Below, piece after piece: positions 60,062 through 64,000 of a DNA stretch of 64,000 bases (its first letter is position 1; every line of letters begins with the position of its first letter). Position numbers and translations under genes: made by a program. Origin of the DNA: Myxococcota bacterium (GTDB lineage Bacteria > Myxococcota_A > UBA9160 > UBA6930); assembly GCA_965223415.1 (NCBI GenBank), contig OZ245002.1, forward strand, positions 480,001 through 544,000, read 5' to 3'. Under the pieces are notes generated by a model. The model saw only the letters and a list, made by a program, of their open reading frames with translations, ran no database searches and had not been told where the DNA came from.

Positions 60062-60874
60062 TCACTTCCCCTTCCAATCCCAGGCCTCGCCGGAGAGCCA
60101 CGCCCGCATCGCACCGGCCGCGTCCTCGCTGCGCATCGCCTCCTCGAAAGCCTCCTGCTCCAGAGCCAGCCCTTCGCGAAGCGTGCCGTCATGGGCGGCG
60201 TGGATCGCGCGCTTGGCGGCGGCAAGGGCGATCGGCGCCCGACCCGCCAGGTCGGCGGCGAAGGCGTCCACCTCCGCGCGGAAGCGATCCGGCGGAAAGA
60301 CCCGGTGCACGAGCCCCAGTGTCAGTGCCTCCTGGGGCCCGACCAGCTGGCCGTGGAGGATCAGGTCCAGCGCCCTCGCCGTGCCGAGCAGCCGGCTCAT
60401 GCGCTGGGTGCCGCCGGCGCCGGGAATGATCCCGACCGTCGTCTCCGGGAGACCGAGCCCGAAGGCACCGTCCATCGCGAGCCGGAAGTCGCAGGCCAGC
60501 GCCAGCTCGAGGCCTCCGCCGGCGGTGCTGCCGTTGATCGCCGCGACGACCGGAAAGTGCTGCGCCTCCAGGCTGAGGCAGAGCTGGTGCATGGCGTGGA
60601 GGCGTGGCGCGTCGGCGGCGGCATCGGCCTCGGACACGGCCCCGGCCTGCTCGGAGGCCTGAGCCAGCTCGCCCACCTCGTAGTGCGCAACGAACACGCC
60701 CTCCCCGCCCCCGCTGAGCACCAGGACCCGCACGGTCTCGTCGGCGGAGAGCTCGGTCACCAGCCGCCGGAGCTCCTGCACACCGGCGGCCGTCAGCGTG
60801 TGCGTGGGCGGGTTGGAGAGGGTGCAGCGAACGATGCCGCCGTCCCGTTCGACGTCGAGATGCCGGTCGCTCAA
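60062..60874 (-). CDS. Enoyl-CoA hydratase/isomerase
   Basis: AAINGSTAGGGLELALACD, PETTVGIIPGAGGTQR. Confidence 0.9.
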   Translation of the reverse strand: MSDRHLDVERDGGIVRCTLSNPPTHTLTAAGVQELRRLVTELSADETVRVLVLSGGGEGVFVAHYEVGELAQASEQAGAVSEADAAADAPRLHAMHQLCLSLEAQHFPVVAAINGSTAGGGLELALACDFRLAMDGAFGLGLPETTVGIIPGAGGTQRMSRLLGTARALDLILHGQLVGPQEALTLGLVHRVFPPDRFRAEVDAFAADLAGRAPIALAAAKRAIHAAHDGTLREGLALEQEAFEEAMRSEDAAGAMRAWLSGEAWDWKGK

Positions 60875-61311
60875 GGGCGCTCCTTCCGCTCCGAGGGCAG
60901 GGTGTCGAGGACGTGGAAGCGGACCTGCCCGCGTGCCACGAGCTTTCCGTCGCCGCGGGTGATCCGAACCTCCCACAGCTGCTGGCTGCGGCCGAGGTGC
61001 AGCGGCAGGCCCTCGGCGAGCAGCTCGCCTGCGCTGTGGCTCCGGAGGAAGTCGGTGGTGTTCGAGACGCCGAGGACACCGGTTCCACCGGCGGCCATGA
61101 CCACCCGCCCCGCGCCGTAGCTCGCAACCGCTTCCACGACAGAGCAGTGGACCCCGCCGTGCAGGACGCCCATGGGCTGGTGGTGGCGGGCGTCGGCGGG
61201 GAGCCGGGCCCGCACCCGCTCCGGGGTGACCTCGAGCATCTCGATGCCGAGGGCGCGGGCCCAGGCGTCCTGCTCCGGGACGCCCTCGGGCCACTCGGCA
61301 GCTTCACTCAC
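60871..61311 (-). CDS. PaaI family thioesterase
   Basis: HQPMGVLHGG..CSVVE, GVSNTTDFLR. Confidence 0.88.
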   Translation of the reverse strand: MSEAAEWPEGVPEQDAWARALGIEMLEVTPERVRARLPADARHHQPMGVLHGGVHCSVVEAVASYGAGRVVMAAGGTGVLGVSNTTDFLRSHSAGELLAEGLPLHLGRSQQLWEVRITRGDGKLVARGQVRFHVLDTLPSERKERP

Positions 61312-61383
61312 GCACGGCTCCTCCAAGCTCGATCGGGGCGTACGATACCGCGGGCGGCCCATCAGCGCGTCGTGGGCGGCCCC

Positions 61384-61859
61384 TCAGCGCGCCGTGGGCG
61401 GCGGCTCCGACGACGTGACGATCACCGTTCGGCGCTCCGCGATGCGCCAGCCCCGAGACGTGCGTCGGTAGCGATCGCGGTACTCCACCGGGGCGAGGAT
61501 CCGGGGCGCGCCTTCGGCCGAGAGGATCGTCGCGTAGCTCGTGCCCCGGGCGGCCTCGCTGCCGAGCACCTCCACCGCTGGTTCGTCACGACGTGCCGCA
61601 CGGCGCTTTCCGCCATGCGCGGGCCGGCGCTCTCGCGGAGCGCCGTGTGTCTGCGGCTCTCTCGGCCGCCGAACTCCATCACTCCGTCCTCGATGAAGAG
61701 CCCGACCCAGGCTTCCAGATCACCGGCATCGCGGTACTCCGCGCAGCGCACCTGGAGCTCCCGGCAGGCGCGCTCGGCCTCGTAGCTCGCGTGGACGTCG
61801 CCGCCGAAGCTCGTGCAGCCGAGCCCCAGCAGGAAGACCCATGCGATCGGTACCCGCAC
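61384..61859 (-). pseudogene. SnoaL/NTF2-like protein, frameshifted near 61576
   Basis: D.GDLEAW..LF.EDG...RHVVTN in one frame; VEV...ARGTSY...YRDRYRRT..GWRIAERR in another. Confidence 0.7.
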
Positions 61860-61862
61860 GGG

Positions 61863-62723
61863 CTAGAGGAGCTGCGTGTCCGGCTCTTCGACCACGGTGT
61901 TCTCGATCGCCCCGACGCCCTCGATCTCGACCCGCACCACGTCGCCGGCCACCAGCCACTTCGGCGGCTTCATCGCCACGGCGACGCCGCCGCAGGTTCC
62001 GGTCGAGACCACGTCGCCGGGCTCGAGGGTGAAGGCCGTGGAGAGGTGCTCGACCAGGTCGAAGCAGTCGAAGATCAACTCCTTCGTGTTGCTGTGCTGC
62101 CGCACCTCGCCGTTGACAAGGGTCTTGAGCTCGTGGCCCGAAGGCGTCCCACCCAGCTCGTCCGCCGTGACGAGCGCCGGGCCGAGCGGGCAGTGGGTAT
62201 CGAAGGACTTGCCCATCATCATCGTCGGCGTGCGCAGCTGCCAATCGCGCACGGACACGTCGTTGCAGACCGTGTAGCCCGCGATCACCTCGTGGGCACG
62301 GTCCTTCGGCACGTGGCGACAGCGCCGCCCGATCACGATGGCCAGCTCGCCCTCGTAGTCGAGCAGCTCCGAGACCCTGGGACGGTGGATCGGGTCGAAG
62401 GGCCCGACCACCGCCGTCGACTGCTTGTTGAAGATGATCGGAACGGTCGGCGTCTCGCGGCCGGTCTCGGCCACGTGATCCGCATAGTTGAGGCCCACCG
62501 CCAGGATCTTCGGCGGCCGCGCGATCGGGGCCTCGAGGCGAACGTCGGGGAGCGCGAGCTCGGGCCCCTCGGCACGGCCCGCCCGGGCCAAGGCGTCACC
62601 GCCGGCCTCCAGCAGGGCGAGCATCGTCACCGGGAGTCCGCTCCCGCCGAGATCGACGACGCTCTCGCCGTCCAACCGTCCGAGGCGGGTGGTGCCCGCG
62701 TGGGTGAAGCTGACCAGTCGCAT
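61863..62723 (-). CDS. Fumarylacetoacetate hydrolase family protein
   Basis: GLNYADH, DYEGEL, NDVSVRD, GKSFDT, GDVVSTGT. Confidence 0.93.
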   Translation of the reverse strand: MRLVSFTHAGTTRLGRLDGESVVDLGGSGLPVTMLALLEAGGDALARAGRAEGPELALPDVRLEAPIARPPKILAVGLNYADHVAETGRETPTVPIIFNKQSTAVVGPFDPIHRPRVSELLDYEGELAIVIGRRCRHVPKDRAHEVIAGYTVCNDVSVRDWQLRTPTMMMGKSFDTHCPLGPALVTADELGGTPSGHELKTLVNGEVRQHSNTKELIFDCFDLVEHLSTAFTLEPGDVVSTGTCGGVAVAMKPPKWLVAGDVVRVEIEGVGAIENTVVEEPDTQLL

Positions 62724-62732
62724 GGGGGTCTC

Positions 62733-63389
62733 CTAGGGGGTGGGCGGGTTGCGGTTGAGGCGTTCGGCGGCGGCGCGGAGGCCCACCTCGAAGAGCTCGA
62801 TGGCAGTCCGAACGTCGAAGCTGTCTCCCTCCATGTGGCGGACCAGGAAGCCGCCGTCCGCCATGATCATGCAGAGATCGACGAGATGCTCGCGGGCCTT
62901 GCGGCGAGCCGCAGGCTCCTCGATGCGGAGGAGGGGCTCGACGCGGGCCGCCATCGCGGTCTTCAGGAGGTCGCGATACCCGGCCAGGGCCTCGGCCAGG
63001 CCCGGATCCACGTCGCGGCGCTCCAGGGCCAGCAGCATCATGAGTCGCACGTGCTCCGGCCGCTCTTCGATGCGGTCGGCGATGAACGAGGCCGGGACGT
63101 CGCCGCTCATCGCGAACTGCTCGTGGAACTGCTCCGCCGCGCGCCGCGCCACCGCCAGCACGAGCCCCTCCTTGCTCTCGAAGTGCCAGTAGAGCGTGGG
63201 CGGCACCACGTCCGCTGCCTTGCAGATGGCAGCGATGCGGGTGCCGGAGTAGCCGTGACGGCTGAAGAGCTCGGACGCGGCCTCGAGGATGCGCTCGCGA
63301 TTGCGCTCGGCGTCGGCCTGGCGGCCGGGCTTCAAGGGACCCTCGAGGGGCGGCCGGCGAGAGGAGCTCGGGTTTGCATCGGACGGCAA
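62733..63389 (-). CDS. TetR/AcrR family regulator
   Basis: ILEAASELFSRHGY...TLYWHFESKEGL. Confidence 0.9.
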   Translation of the reverse strand: MPSDANPSSSRRPPLEGPLKPGRQADAERNRERILEAASELFSRHGYSGTRIAAICKAADVVPPTLYWHFESKEGLVLAVARRAAEQFHEQFAMSGDVPASFIADRIEERPEHVRLMMLLALERRDVDPGLAEALAGYRDLLKTAMAARVEPLLRIEEPAARRKAREHLVDLCMIMADGGFLVRHMEGDSFDVRTAIELFEVGLRAAAERLNRNPPTP

Positions 63390-63396
63390 GTCGCAA

Positions 63397-63412
63397 TATA
63401 GTGACCGCTACA
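63397..63412. promoter_or_regulatory. Candidate TetR operator
   Basis: Imperfect palindrome TATAGTG-AC-CGCTACA between divergent tetR and SDR genes, overlapping the tetR -10-like TATATT. Confidence 0.4.
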
Positions 63413-63442
63413 GAACTTGCCACCCGTCACGGGGAGACCTCC

Positions 63443-64000
63443 ATGGATCTCGGAATCGAAGGCCGCCGGGCCATCGTGTGCGCCTCCAGCCGCGGGCTCG
63501 GCCGGGCCTGTGCCACGGCCCTCGCCCGGGAGGGAGCGGCGGTCGTGGTGAACGGCCGCACCCGGGACACCTTGCAGGCCACGGCGAAGGAGATCGCCGA
63601 GGCGACCGGCGGCACGGTCAACCCCGTGGTGGGCGACCTGAACACCGAGGAGGGCCGGGCCGCCCTTCTGGCCGCCTGCCCGGAGCCCGACATCCTGGTC
63701 AACAACAACGGCGGCCCGCCGCCGACCCCGTTCCAGAACACGACCCGGGAGCAATGGCAGGACGCCCTCGAGTCGAACCTGATGGCGCCGCTGCTCCTGA
63801 TCCAGGCGGTGCTGCCGGGAATGCGGGAGCGGCGCTTCGGACGCATCGTGAACATCACGTCGGCCATGGTCCGCGCGCCGCACGCCGTGATGGGCCTCTC
63901 GACCACCGCGCGCACCGGGCTCACGGCCCTGTGCAAGGGGCTCTCCCGGGAGGTCGCGCCGGACAACGTGACCCTCAACAACCTGCTGCCCGAGCGCTTC
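63443..64000 (+). CDS. SDR family oxidoreductase (partial, runs off window edge)
   Basis: Manual translation MDLGIEGRRAIVCASSRGLG...DILVNNNGGP...GRIVNITS; not in the ORF track. Confidence 0.9.
   Translation, partial: MDLGIEGRRAIVCASSRGLGRACATALAREGAAVVVNGRTRDTLQATAKEIAEATGGTVNPVVGDLNTEEGRAALLAACPEPDILVNNNGGPPPTPFQNTTREQWQDALESNLMAPLLLIQAVLPGMRERRFGRIVNITSAMVRAPHAVMGLSTTARTGLTALCKGLSREVAPDNVTLNNLLPERF

Noticed and set aside
55987..60429. Very long ORFs antisense to or overlapping real genes (e.g. 55987-60429, 35832-38879, 10709-13843, 29726-32491)
   Set aside because: Shadow ORFs expected at ~70% GC; they have no motifs and the opposite strand or another frame carries recognisable proteins.

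Overview
Very GC-rich (~70%) diderm bacterial chromosome segment. The gene repertoire suggests a Myxococcota/Deltaproteobacteria-like lineage, but this is inference only. It is densely coding, with about 60 genes: partial hrcA and hemW, an M16 peptidase, ggt, a cyclophilin, tRNA-Phe(GAA), pgm, two DUF1302-type outer-membrane proteins, a xylose-type ABC importer, a MacAB-type exporter and many lipid/xenobiotic catabolic enzymes. It carries one intact IS630 element and three apparently frameshifted genes. I saw no CRISPR, prophage or integrase. The most notable observations are: (1) a MauG/MbnH-type (Tyr-ligand) di-haem enzyme coupled to a beta-helix protein fused to a type-1 copper domain; (2) a DUF455 di-iron protein coupled to a divergent ATP-grasp protein; (3) six intergenic REP-like elements with a GGGG(A/C)C core, including nested hairpins and a 40-bp pair whose internal direct repeats co-vary, with local C/G skew flipping around several of them; (4) pervasive leaderless-type TANNNT boxes 5-8 nt before start codons. 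Family assignments come from motif recognition, not database searches. Many start codons were adjusted by hand from the ORF track.
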